A stretch of DNA of 63,976 nucleotides, filler included, from a bacterium (GTDB lineage: Bacteria; JALSQH01): the NCBI GenBank assembly GCA_027004335.1. It is 10 parts of 10 records of this genome, joined end to end, with 100 filler letters (N's around TTAATTAATTAA, not from the genome) between each part and the next. Parts side by side here need not be neighbours in the genome. Positions count along the whole stretch, not along the records: positions 44,729 to 56,398 come from JALTID010000086.1; positions 56,499 to 60,493 come from JALTID010000087.1; positions 60,594 to 63,976 come from JALTID010000127.1; 7 more parts are not named here. One strand, 5' to 3'. Under the pieces are notes generated by a model. It made no database searches and had not been told where the DNA came from. It saw only the letters and a list, made by a program, of their open reading frames with translations. Both the position numbers and the translations under genes were made by a program. Shown here in pieces: positions 51,800 to 60,888 of this stretch. The stretch's first letter is position 1; every line of letters begins with the position of its first letter.

Positions 51800-53179
51800 T
51801 CAATATGCACCCTTTTGTTTTAGAAGTACAGGGATCGTCTTCAAAATGATTGAGATATCCAGCCAGAAGGAGCGATTTTTAATATAGTAGAAATCATACT
51901 CAAGATTTTCATGGAGAGGTAAATCTTTCCTTCCCAGTATTTGCCACAGGCCTGTGATTCCTGGGAGAACTTCAAGTCTTTTTCTCTGCCAATCTTCATA
52001 CTGCTCCACTATAAAGGGCATCTCAGGCCTTGGACCAACAATACTCATCTCCCCTTTTACAACATTTAAAAGTTGAGGAAGCTCATCAAGGCTCGTGCTC
52101 CTCAGAAATCTTCCTACATGGGTTATTCTGGGATCATTTTTGTCAGAAGGAGCGTATGAAAATTTAGGGGTCTCCTTATACATCGTTCTGAACTTATACA
52201 TCGTAAAAATTTCACCATTCTTTCCCACTCTCTCCTGTTTAAAAATTACAGGACCACGCGAATCAAACTTAATGGCAATTGCAATAAAAATCCAGATGGG
52301 AAGCGAGATAATGAGCCCCAGAATTGCAATGGTTAAATCAAAAATCCTCTTGGAAATATCGTAAAAAGGGCCCGCCTTTCCACCTTTGAGGTCAAAAATA
52401 GGGAAATCCTCTATTAGATCAATATTCGTCTCATGGGCAAGAACTCCAAAGAGGTCAGAAACCACCCTTACTGTGAGATCCAAGTCATCAACATCCATTA
52501 TTAACTTCAAAATGCGCTGGTGAGGAAGAGAGGGAATAGCAAAAATCATTTCGTCAATACTGTATTTCTCTACAATTTCTCTTAAAGAGGAAAGTGGGCC
52601 AAGCACCTGTATCTTTCCAATATCCTGACCCTGTTTCAAAGGATCATCATCTAAAAAACCAGCCACTTTATAACCTATGTCTGGATTATCAGTTATTTTC
52701 TGGAGAGCTCTTATCCCTGTGGTTCCTGCACCAATTATCAGAGCTCTTGTAACGCCTTCACCTTTTTTGATCAAAAGTCTCTCATACCTCCTGAAAGCCC
52801 ACCTTCCGAAAGAGAGAAAAATCAAGTTGGTAACCCCGGTAAGCAGAACAACACTTCTACCAAAATCGTACCCTTTAAATAAAAAAGCCATTGCCATCAA
52901 GATCAGCAACCCCATGAAATCTGCTTTTAATATCTTGGTGAGTTCCTCAAATCCTGTCTTGCTTTTTATTCTCTGATAAAGACCAAAAGAAGCGTTACCA
53001 ATTATCCAGAGAATCACAACAAGCGGGAGTGCTTCAAGGTAGACGGAAAAAGTATTAATCTGCTTTCCAAAGACTCCACTAAGCCAGTCTCTTATAAAAT
53101 ATGAAAATACCCATCCTGCAGAAATCGCAAGAGCATCTAAGAAAATCAAAACAACTTTTAACCTCTTGTAATTTTTCAT
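51800..53179 (-). CDS. Polyprenyl-phosphate glycosylphosphotransferase (WcaJ/WbaP-type initiating sugar transferase)
   Basis: N-terminal TM helices, CoA-binding-like domain, KRIFD, YKFRTM, DPRIT, SLDELPQ, GPRPE, PGITG. Confidence 0.93.
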   Translation of the reverse strand: MKNYKRLKVVLIFLDALAISAGWVFSYFIRDWLSGVFGKQINTFSVYLEALPLVVILWIIGNASFGLYQRIKSKTGFEELTKILKADFMGLLILMAMAFLFKGYDFGRSVVLLTGVTNLIFLSFGRWAFRRYERLLIKKGEGVTRALIIGAGTTGIRALQKITDNPDIGYKVAGFLDDDPLKQGQDIGKIQVLGPLSSLREIVEKYSIDEMIFAIPSLPHQRILKLIMDVDDLDLTVRVVSDLFGVLAHETNIDLIEDFPIFDLKGGKAGPFYDISKRIFDLTIAILGLIISLPIWIFIAIAIKFDSRGPVIFKQERVGKNGEIFTMYKFRTMYKETPKFSYAPSDKNDPRITHVGRFLRSTSLDELPQLLNVVKGEMSIVGPRPEMPFIVEQYEDWQRKRLEVLPGITGLWQILGRKDLPLHENLEYDFYYIKNRSFWLDISIILKTIPVLLKQKGAY

Positions 53180-53910
53180 TCCCACCGTCCTCTGAATATC
53201 CGTTCCTTTGCTACTTCAAAAAGAAAAATTGTATTTCCAATAAGATACCTCTTCCACAACCTCTTAGGATTAGAAAGTAGTCTATGTAACCATTCCAGTC
53301 CACTCCTGCTCATCCACTCAGGAGGTTTCGGTTGCACGCCTGCCACAAAGTCAAAAAGTGCTCCTACACACCACACCACAGGGACATCAATCTTTTCTCT
53401 ATAGTTTAACACAAACTCCTCCTGCAACGGAGTTCCCATTCCCACAAATAATATATCTGGTTTTGAGCTATTTACCAGTTTTATTACTTTCTCTCCCATT
53501 CCTTTAATATAACCATGATGAAAGCCGGAACACTGAAAGCCTGGAAATTTTTCCATCAAAACCTCACACGCCTTTTTAGCAACCCCTTCTTTGCCACCTA
53601 CAACAAAAATTCTCCAGCCGTGCTTTGATGCTTCCTCAGCAAAATCATCTATGAAAAAGGCACCTGTATATCTCTCCCTTATTCTTCTCCCCAGAACTTT
53701 TGCTCCTAATTGAATACCCTTGCCATCACAATAAACATAGTCAGCCATTTCAAGAAACTTTTTAAGGTTCTCATTTTTCTGTGCCATATTCCAGACATGA
53801 ATATTCAAATAGGAAATCGTTATAAGCTCTTCTTTGATTACAGCATCCTTAATCTTCTCAATAAGCTCGTTCCATGTAATATCATCAACTCTAACACCTG
53901 CAATATTCAT
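53176..53910 (-). CDS. WecG/TagA/CpsF family glycosyltransferase (GT26)
   Basis: DG-x-G, HHGY, VGMGTPLQE, VGALFDF, GLEWL-x-RL...P-x-RLWKRY. Confidence 0.93.
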   Translation of the reverse strand: MNIAGVRVDDITWNELIEKIKDAVIKEELITISYLNIHVWNMAQKNENLKKFLEMADYVYCDGKGIQLGAKVLGRRIRERYTGAFFIDDFAEEASKHGWRIFVVGGKEGVAKKACEVLMEKFPGFQCSGFHHGYIKGMGEKVIKLVNSSKPDILFVGMGTPLQEEFVLNYREKIDVPVVWCVGALFDFVAGVQPKPPEWMSRSGLEWLHRLLSNPKRLWKRYLIGNTIFLFEVAKERIFRGRWE

Positions 53911-55184
53911 TATTCTACAACCTCATGGAAGAGTTTGAGATAAATCTCTGCCTGTTTTTCTCTTGTGAATTCTAACAATCTCTGAAGAGCAACTTTTCCA
54001 GTAGCTTTTCCATGAACCACCTCTTTTATAAAATTATACACATCACTATTAGACTTGCATAACTTTCCTTTCCCCCGAACCCATTTAAGAATCTTCAAAC
54101 TTTCCCTGCCTCCTTTGCCTGTAATACAGATAGGTCTGGCAGCATAAAGATATTCAAAAATCTTGGCAGATAGCCCCACACTGTAATCCCCTGCGATGTG
54201 AAAAAAGGCATCTGCCGAGGAAAGATAATCTGCAACCTCTCCCTTTGGAATGTAATCTATAACAGCAACATTTTCTATTAAATTTAGGTCCCTTACTAAC
54301 TGTGGCAACTTACTGTTCCAGGGAGGTTTCCTTTCGCCAATGAAAAAGAATTTAACCTTTTTATCATTCTTTTCTTGAATAAATTTTTTTATTCCTTCCA
54401 AAACAAGGGAAGGATCCCTGTAAGCATAGAGAGTACCTGTAAAAACAAACCAGTACTCCTTCAGCGGCTTTATATTTCTCCCCTTTTTAAAATCAGAGGG
54501 ATTAAATCCGTTATATATAACTTCAAGTTTCTCAGAAAATTCTGGAAAAGAACCTATATAGAGATCTTTCATTCCATCATTTACCACCACGATAGAATCA
54601 GCGTTTTTTAAAACAAAGTTCTCTAAAAAGATATTTAAGTTTCTGTAAGCGGCATTTAAAAATGGAAATAGAGGATCAGGGGTCCATGGATCTCTGAGAT
54701 CAATAACGAATTTAACCCCTGGTTTCAACATTTTTAACAAGGAACCAGCGAGAAGATAGGAGTAGTGAGGAGCTGAAGCAATAATAATGTCAAAGTCTTT
54801 GCTTAAAATCTTCCTCCCTTTTAAAAGAAGAAGTGGAAGCTCAAAAATTCTCTGGTCAGGGACCTGGAAGAGACGCTGAAGAAATTCAACATTACCCCCC
54901 GCAGGAAGAGAAGAGACAGAAGAAGACGATCCTCTATTTTTTAATAATTTATAAATTGCACCAGGAGAAACCGAAGGGATCCTGAGAACTTCAGCAAAGT
55001 TTTCAACATATTTCAGACTCTCATCAATAACTTCTCCGGCTTCAGGCTTCCTCGTTAAAACTGTAAAATCCACTTTCCCATAAAGATACTTAATAAAATT
55101 ATACCATCTGAAAACTCCAGCACCCCCAATGGGAGGAAAATATGAGGTAAGAAGCAAAACTTTAAGGGATGATGCTGTAAACAT
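53910..55184 (-). CDS. GT4-family glycosyltransferase
   Basis: YFPP, DLRDPW, IYNGF, FTGT, KIFEY. Confidence 0.85.
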   Translation of the reverse strand: MFTASSLKVLLLTSYFPPIGGAGVFRWYNFIKYLYGKVDFTVLTRKPEAGEVIDESLKYVENFAEVLRIPSVSPGAIYKLLKNRGSSSSVSSLPAGGNVEFLQRLFQVPDQRIFELPLLLLKGRKILSKDFDIIIASAPHYSYLLAGSLLKMLKPGVKFVIDLRDPWTPDPLFPFLNAAYRNLNIFLENFVLKNADSIVVVNDGMKDLYIGSFPEFSEKLEVIYNGFNPSDFKKGRNIKPLKEYWFVFTGTLYAYRDPSLVLEGIKKFIQEKNDKKVKFFFIGERKPPWNSKLPQLVRDLNLIENVAVIDYIPKGEVADYLSSADAFFHIAGDYSVGLSAKIFEYLYAARPICITGKGGRESLKILKWVRGKGKLCKSNSDVYNFIKEVVHGKATGKVALQRLLEFTREKQAEIYLKLFHEVVE

Positions 55185-56398
55185 ATAATCTCCCTTTTAG
55201 AAGGTGATAAACTTTTATAAGAGTTCTATTCAGAGCACTGTTTGAAATAAGAAAAAGTGAGATATTATGGGCATAAAGATTATTTAATATCTTCTCTCGC
55301 AGTATAAAAGAAGGATGAGCTACAAAAAGAGAACCATCAGGAGTAACGATTTTTCTCCATGAAACAAGAAAATTGGGCCTTTTAAGAATCTGAAGTTTCT
55401 CCTTAATTGGTATCTTTAAATTAAAAACAAACCCCTGCATAAGATAGGGAGGATCAAAAGTAAAAACTTCTCCATGAAACCCTCCTTTTTTCTCCCAGTC
55501 TGAAATTACTTCCTTCCATGCATGTTTATCTTTCTGAAAATAGGTGGCATCCTTAACAAAGGAGAAAACAAGTAGAATAAGAAAAACTGCATACCCCACA
55601 CCATAAACATAGCTTCTATTTTTTTTCGTTAATGAACGTATATCTATCATAATCAGACCACTCTCCATGAGAAAAAGCGGGATCAGCGCAATAAAGTACC
55701 TCGGGTTCAACCAGTGTGATGGACGTTTAATTTGAAGGAGGAGAAAAGGAGTAAAATAAATGATCAGAAAGGAAAGATGATAAAAAACATTTTTCTTTTT
55801 GTATACGAGGAAAAAAGCAAGAAAGATAATTGCAAGGGAAAAAATAATTCCAAGAGGAAAAGGTAATCCCCAGAAATGTCCGGGCAGGGAAAGATAGTAT
55901 TTCAACGAAAGATGCCATATCTTACCTGTATTTGCCATCCTCAATGCTCTCTGCGAGGAAAAGTACCAGTAAATTACAAATAAGAGCGCAATAAGAGTTG
56001 AAGAAAGAAGAAGATAAATTCTTTTTCTTTCGCTTCTATTAGAATAGAAAATTTTTAAAAAAAGAGTTGCGAAAACTCCCGAAAGAAAAAGTATTGAAAA
56101 ATAATGTGTCAGTGCAAAGAGCAGAGAAACTATGAAGAGAAAAATATACCATCCTCTTCCGCCTTTTTCAAAATATTCATAGATGCTCCAGAGGAGGAGA
56201 ACTCCTCCCCCTTCAAGAAGAGCATACATCCTGATCTCCTGAGAATAATAGAGAGTGGTAATAGAAAAAATATATAAAAGAGACAGAAGAAGAGCCAATA
56301 TATAGTTTTTCCTGAAAATATAAAAAATTGGCACCACTCCAGCAGAGGCAAAGACAACACTTAAAAAACGCCAGAGAAAAAGAGAATCAGTATAAACA
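55162..56398 (-). CDS. GT-C fold membrane glycosyltransferase (GT39/PMT-like; 5' end cut)
   Basis: YYSQEIRMYAL, THY, PRY, many TM helices. Confidence 0.7.
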
Positions 56399-56498
56399 NN
56401 NNNNNNNNNNNNNNNNNNNNNNNNNNNNNNNNNNNNNNNNNNTTAATTAATTAANNNNNNNNNNNNNNNNNNNNNNNNNNNNNNNNNNNNNNNNNNNN
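56399..56498. other. Artificial contig linker
   Basis: N-TTAATTAATTAA-N. Confidence 0.98.
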
Positions 56499-56499
56499 C

Positions 56500-56796
56500 C
56501 CTTTATACGATTTACTTCATATTGGAGGATTTCCATATATGAGAGCGTATCCCCAGGATTATTCCATAGATAAAAAGGCTATATTCTTTTCCCTTGCTTA
56601 TCCATTTGAACTTCCACCAGCAGGATCCTATTTTAAAATATCAATGGAGAATTACTATAATTTTGAAACAAAGAATTTTTTTTACGATGGGTATGGTGAA
56701 GTAGGGGTCGATTTTGATTTTTTTAATTTTGCAATTGGAAGTGCCATTGCTCCCGGCCTCTGGAGGATATATTTTTTTATTGAGATGAAGGGATAA
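56500..56796 (+). CDS. C-terminal fragment of a probable Omp85-like outer-membrane beta-barrel
   Basis: Frame open from the contig start: PLYDLLHIGGFPYMRAY (resembles the GG-x-x-x-x-RGY loop-6 motif), then amphipathic beta-strands. Confidence 0.45.
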   Translation, partial: PLYDLLHIGGFPYMRAYPQDYSIDKKAIFFSLAYPFELPPAGSYFKISMENYYNFETKNFFYDGYGEVGVDFDFFNFAIGSAIAPGLWRIYFFIEMKG

Positions 56797-56802
56797 GTTG
56801 CC

Positions 56803-57246
56803 GTGAGAAAAAGAGTAACCATTTGTGTTTTGGTGGTGGTTATCATAATTTTTTCACTATTCCCTCTTTATGGGAGTGAGAGAGGAATCTGGCCTTCCCA
56901 TCCACATCGTGGGAAGGTGCATCAGATGATGAAACCCCCTGCTCCCCCTGCTATTGTTGTAAACTGGATAGCCTTTTTCTATCACAGATTTATCTCCCCA
57001 AATGATTACTCTCACTGTCCCTTTAACCCCACCTGTTCTCACTTTATGTTCCAGTCTATAAAAGAATTCGGTATTGTTGGAATTATCATGGGTACAGATA
57101 GATTGATGAGGGATAATTTCTGGTCAAGGGAGGGAAAGTATCCTGAGATCAATGGCAGACTTATCGATCCTCCCCGCTGGCACTACTTACCATATTACTG
57201 GAGGCTTGATCTTGAAAAAATTGATTTTCTTCTTTTTTATAAGTAG
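56803..57246 (+). CDS. YidD-like (membrane protein insertion efficiency factor family) protein with an N-terminal signal/TM segment
   Basis: FYHRFISP...CPFNPTCS-x-F...I-x-x-FG...DRLMRD...DP. Confidence 0.8.
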   Translation: MRKRVTICVLVVVIIIFSLFPLYGSERGIWPSHPHRGKVHQMMKPPAPPAIVVNWIAFFYHRFISPNDYSHCPFNPTCSHFMFQSIKEFGIVGIIMGTDRLMRDNFWSREGKYPEINGRLIDPPRWHYLPYYWRLDLEKIDFLLFYK

Positions 57247-58051
57247 CTTTTTGTTCACTGCAATAAATTTAACGGGAGATACAGGTCTCATAGTTGAGAC
57301 ATTCAAAAGGCACGATTTTTTTAACGCCATAACTTTTGCCAAAGAAGATTTCTTTCAGAACCCGGAAAATAGATGTATCTCATCACTTTTCATAGCTGAG
57401 TCATTTATAAGACTGGAAAATAAGAAAAAGGGAGTTAAATGGTTGAAAAGAGCAGTGGAGAATTGTGACAAGAAATATGAAGTGCTGATTACCGTATACT
57501 TTTACGCTGAACTGGGCGCTGATATAACCAAGAAATTCACAAAAAATGAAAATGGCGAAAAAATCTGCCCTGAATTATACGATACTATTCTTTATGCAGA
57601 TTATCTTAAATGGCTTAAGATTAAAGAATCTGAACAACTTCTAAAAGCTGGAACATTTATTTTTGACGAAAATCTTCTTACCAGATTTTTTGATAGATTG
57701 TTATTGTTGAATAAGTCTATCTCTGCAATCAAAAAAGTATGGCAACTTTCCATAATCCCCGGCACAGCTCAGGTACTTCTTGGGGATTCTGAAGCGGGAA
57801 TTGGAGCATTTTTACTCACCTCTACACTCCTCTATGGATTTTATGTTTCTATAAAGACCGGCGGTTTTTTTGAGTTGTGGTTGCTGCCTTTATTTTCCTA
57901 CACCGGTGGTAATATGCTTTATGCCAGGTCTTTAACTTTAAAAAAAATAAGAAAAATTTACAGCAACTTTATTCATGATATAAATGTTAGTTTTTTCTAT
58001 AGGGATAAGCTATTCTTCTCTCTGATTAACCTTGTAGGAAGTAAAAAATAA
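57212..58051 (+). CDS. Exported TPR-like protein with a C-terminal membrane hairpin (SIIPG-x-x-Q motif)
   Basis: TTG 57212 after GGAGG, signal peptide, helical repeats, LSIIPGTAQVLLG. Confidence 0.6.
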   Translation: MKKLIFFFFISSFLFTAINLTGDTGLIVETFKRHDFFNAITFAKEDFFQNPENRCISSLFIAESFIRLENKKKGVKWLKRAVENCDKKYEVLITVYFYAELGADITKKFTKNENGEKICPELYDTILYADYLKWLKIKESEQLLKAGTFIFDENLLTRFFDRLLLLNKSISAIKKVWQLSIIPGTAQVLLGDSEAGIGAFLLTSTLLYGFYVSIKTGGFFELWLLPLFSYTGGNMLYARSLTLKKIRKIYSNFIHDINVSFFYRDKLFFSLINLVGSKK

Positions 58052-58072
58052 ATGGGAATTAGTGAAAAATGG

Positions 58073-58099
58073 AAAAGGGAGAAGTTCTCCTCCCTTTTT
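58073..58099. terminator. Bidirectional intrinsic terminator
   Basis: AAAAGGGAG, 8-nt loop, CTCCCTTTT, between convergent genes. Confidence 0.7.
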
Positions 58100-58101
58100 A
58101 A

Positions 58102-58563
58102 CTATCTTATCTGATAAACCGGGGTAAAGTCGGGATGTAACATGCTCTCTTTATCATAATCCTCATCTTCTTCATCTTTGCCTCCACCACTGGACTTTTT
58201 TGTGGCGAGAAAATATGCATCAACAATACTTACTATATATACACCCTCCCCTATACAGGTTGGTATTATACCAATTAGATATGGATATAGAATAAGATTC
58301 AAAAGAATCCCGGCAGCGAATAAGAAGATGTCTGCAACGAAAATCATTATTCCTCTGCTGACATATCCAAGATAGACCTGACCTAGGCCTGGTATAATTG
58401 ATAGCAAAGCAGCCAAAATTGCTGGAGATGAATCCGAGATCTCCTGATAATCAGCCTGTTGTACGAGACTTGAGGTTTCGTGAGCCATCAAAGATGGCAC
58501 TACTGGGTAAACAGAAAGGGTTAATGCCGCCACAAGAGCAAGCCCAGTAAGAAATTTCTTCAT
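58102..58563 (-). CDS. Small membrane protein, TM2/DUF5683-like
   Basis: Signal peptide; PAILAALLSIIPGLGQVYLG-x-x-x-RG...SIVDAY. Confidence 0.65.
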   Translation of the reverse strand: MKKFLTGLALVAALTLSVYPVVPSLMAHETSSLVQQADYQEISDSSPAILAALLSIIPGLGQVYLGYVSRGIMIFVADIFLFAAGILLNLILYPYLIGIIPTCIGEGVYIVSIVDAYFLATKKSSGGGKDEEDEDYDKESMLHPDFTPVYQIR

Positions 58564-58608
58564 AGCGACCCCCTTTTTTGTTTTTTTCTCCTCATTAAAA
58601 GCATTTTA

Positions 58609-58637
58609 ATCATAACAGTTTTATTTTTTTAATGCAA
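58609..58637 (-). promoter_or_regulatory. Putative sigma70 promoter
   Basis: TTGCAT-N17-TATGAT on the minus strand. Confidence 0.45.
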
Positions 58638-58649
58638 GATTTTGCCTTT

Positions 58650-60056
58650 CCTCAAAAATAATCTTACCGAACTGCTTACTGTTTCCTCATAAAAAAGAGA
58701 GGATAATTGCGGGGAGCTCCGGAAATATAAATAATATTTCTAAACCCTTAACAAAGGAGCTCCCCATGGTTATTATGATACCACACACCCAGTTATCTAC
58801 AAAACAAAAGAGGGCCATAATCGCTGCCAACTATTCACTTTACAAAAAGGCAAGGAAGAAAGAAAAAACACTTATCTTAGACGAATTAGAAACGGCAACA
58901 GGCTACGCAAGGAAATTTATAATATACCTTCTCAAATTTCACAAGAAAAGGCTTTACAAGAAAAGCAAAAAGGTTGTTTTAGAAGGAGATATAAAAAAAT
59001 CTGCTACCAGTCTGAGAGGAAGAAAGAAAAAATATCCTCCACATCTTGCGAAGATATTATTTGAGATCTGGAAACTAACAGGAGGAATTAGTTCAAAACA
59101 CATTAAAGCTTTTATAGAGGAAAATTATGATGATCTCTGGGAATATCCTGAGCTGAGAGATGTTTCGGAGGAAGATAAGGTATTAATCTCTCAGATGAGT
59201 CCAGCAACAATAGACAGGCTTTTAAAGCCGCTAAGGGATAAATATAAAGCAAGCATATTTCCTTTTCCATTGAAAAAATCGAAGAAGAAAGCTGCTCATC
59301 TTGTAAAGGGACAAATAGATATAGAGATATGGAAGGAAAGGAGAAGTAAGATACCTGGAACAAGAGAAGTAGATCTTGTAGAGCATAATGGCGGGAATCC
59401 TGCCGGAGAATTCCTCTACACATTAACAGCTGTAGATGTGGCAACTTACTGGGTATTTCTAAGAGTGCTAAGAAACAAAGCTCGTATCTGGACAAAAGAA
59501 GCATTAGATAACATAGTTATTTCCTCTCCTTTTAAGATAAACCATATCCACAGTGATAATGGCAGTGAATTTATCAATGCTCATCTATTGGAATATACAA
59601 AGCAAAAGAAAATAAAATTCACCCGTAGTAGAGTGCACATCTGCAATGATAACCCCAATGTGGAAAATAGAAACATGATGGTTGTAAGGAGATATGTAGG
59701 TTATCGCAGATACTCAACACAAAAAGAGCAGGAAATCCTTGAAAATTTCTACCGTTACGTAGAACTCAGACATAATTTCTTCATTCCAACGATGAAGCTA
59801 ACTTACAAAGAAAAAGCAGGTAAGAAATATAAAAGGCACTATGAAATTAAAACTCCCTATAAAAGACTCTTAGACAGAGAAGACATTCCTGAAGAAATTA
59901 AGCAGCAATTAAGGCAGCTTAAATCCTCCCTAAATCTGAGGACAATAAATAAAGAGATAGTAAGTCTATACAACAAATTAGAGATAGCTTATAATAACAA
60001 AAAGAGAGGGAGACTCTATGAGACGAAAAACAATTTGGGTAAGATTTTTTCGTTTC
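58650..60056 (+). mobile_element. Insertion sequence, rve/DDE type (ISNCY-like); ends approximate
   Basis: Transposase ORF flanked by imperfect inverted repeats: AAATAATCTTACCGAA (about 58656-58671) and TTGGGTAAGATTTTTT (about 60035-60050). Confidence 0.6.
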
Positions 60057-60139
60057 TCTCTCCCCCGGGGGAGAGAGAAATAATTATTTTTCCCTCTATT
60101 ATATCCCTTACACAAAAATATTATAACTCCCCCCTCTAA
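58766..60139 (+). CDS. DDE-type transposase (integrase core domain)
   Basis: K-x-x-ILDEL-x-x-x-TGYARK, SPATIDRLL, EVDLVEH, HSDNGSEFIN, NDNPNVENRN, VRRYVGY-x-RY, KTPYKRLL. Confidence 0.92.
   Translation: MVIMIPHTQLSTKQKRAIIAANYSLYKKARKKEKTLILDELETATGYARKFIIYLLKFHKKRLYKKSKKVVLEGDIKKSATSLRGRKKKYPPHLAKILFEIWKLTGGISSKHIKAFIEENYDDLWEYPELRDVSEEDKVLISQMSPATIDRLLKPLRDKYKASIFPFPLKKSKKKAAHLVKGQIDIEIWKERRSKIPGTREVDLVEHNGGNPAGEFLYTLTAVDVATYWVFLRVLRNKARIWTKEALDNIVISSPFKINHIHSDNGSEFINAHLLEYTKQKKIKFTRSRVHICNDNPNVENRNMMVVRRYVGYRRYSTQKEQEILENFYRYVELRHNFFIPTMKLTYKEKAGKKYKRHYEIKTPYKRLLDREDIPEEIKQQLRQLKSSLNLRTINKEIVSLYNKLEIAYNNKKRGRLYETKNNLGKIFSFLSPPGEREIIIFPSIISLTQKYYNSPL
60053..60080. repeat. Perfect 28-bp palindrome
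   Basis: TTTCTCTCTCCCCC followed by GGGGGAGAGAGAAA with no spacer. Confidence 0.9.
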
Positions 60140-60171
60140 TTTGGCCTCTTAAAAGCCCACTAATAGAAAGA

Positions 60172-60492
60172 TCAATAGTTAATGGGAATAATGATAGGAT
60201 AACTTCTCTTTCGCGGGGGAATAAGTACTAACCTGGTTAATATGTACCTGGCAATGTAGTTCAAAATATCCACCGCTTCACCCCTATCAATTTTAAAGGT
60301 TTCTCTTAAAATTTCCTTCCATCTTTTTATATCCTCAAAAATATGCTTCATCGTTAATACACCAGCTTTGAGATACTGGTTTCTTACTCGGTTCATAATC
60401 TCTTCATCTCTGTATTTTCTTGTGTTGAAAATTCTCGCTCCAAAATCAAGTAGATATTTCTTTAATTCATGTGAAACTTGGTAATAATCAGA
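60172..60492 (-). CDS. Hypothetical protein, C-terminal fragment
   Basis: Frame open to the contig end (SDYYQVSHELKKYLLDFG...IPINY); no family recognised. Confidence 0.45.
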   Translation of the reverse strand, partial: SDYYQVSHELKKYLLDFGARIFNTRKYRDEEIMNRVRNQYLKAGVLTMKHIFEDIKRWKEILRETFKIDRGEAVDILNYIARYILTRLVLIPPRKRSYPIIIPINY

Positions 60493-60493
60493 A

Positions 60494-60593
60494 NNNNNNN
60501 NNNNNNNNNNNNNNNNNNNNNNNNNNNNNNNNNNNNNTTAATTAATTAANNNNNNNNNNNNNNNNNNNNNNNNNNNNNNNNNNNNNNNNNNNN
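60494..60593. other. Artificial contig linker
   Basis: N-TTAATTAATTAA-N. Confidence 0.98.
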
Positions 60594-60594
60594 A

Positions 60595-60888
60595 AAATAC
60601 AGTGTCCTGGTGGCTGATTTTGGTCATGCGGGAGATGGAAATATACATGTGAATTACCTCCATGATAGAAAAGATGAGAATGAGAGAAAAAGGGCATGGA
60701 AAGCCACAGAAGCACTTATTGATGGGGTTATTGAGATGGGTGGAACTGTTTCAGGGGAACATGGTATAGGCATAATGAAGAAATCTTTTATGCATAAGCA
60801 GTTTTCTTCCAGTGAAATTGAGTTGATGAAGAAGATAAAGCAGGTTTTTGATCCTTATGAGATCCTCAATCCTGGAAAGATATTCTGA
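60595..60888 (+). CDS. glcD: FAD-linked oxidase, GlcD family, C-terminal fragment
   Basis: GHAGDGNIH, GGTVSGEHGIG, FDP-x-x-ILNPGKIF. Confidence 0.85.
   Translation, partial: KYSVLVADFGHAGDGNIHVNYLHDRKDENERKRAWKATEALIDGVIEMGGTVSGEHGIGIMKKSFMHKQFSSSEIELMKKIKQVFDPYEILNPGKIF

Noticed and set aside
51800..56398. Glycosyltransferase cluster as the output of the Dif-like pathway
   Set aside because: Different contig and an ordinary surface-polysaccharide gene set; nothing in the sequence links them.
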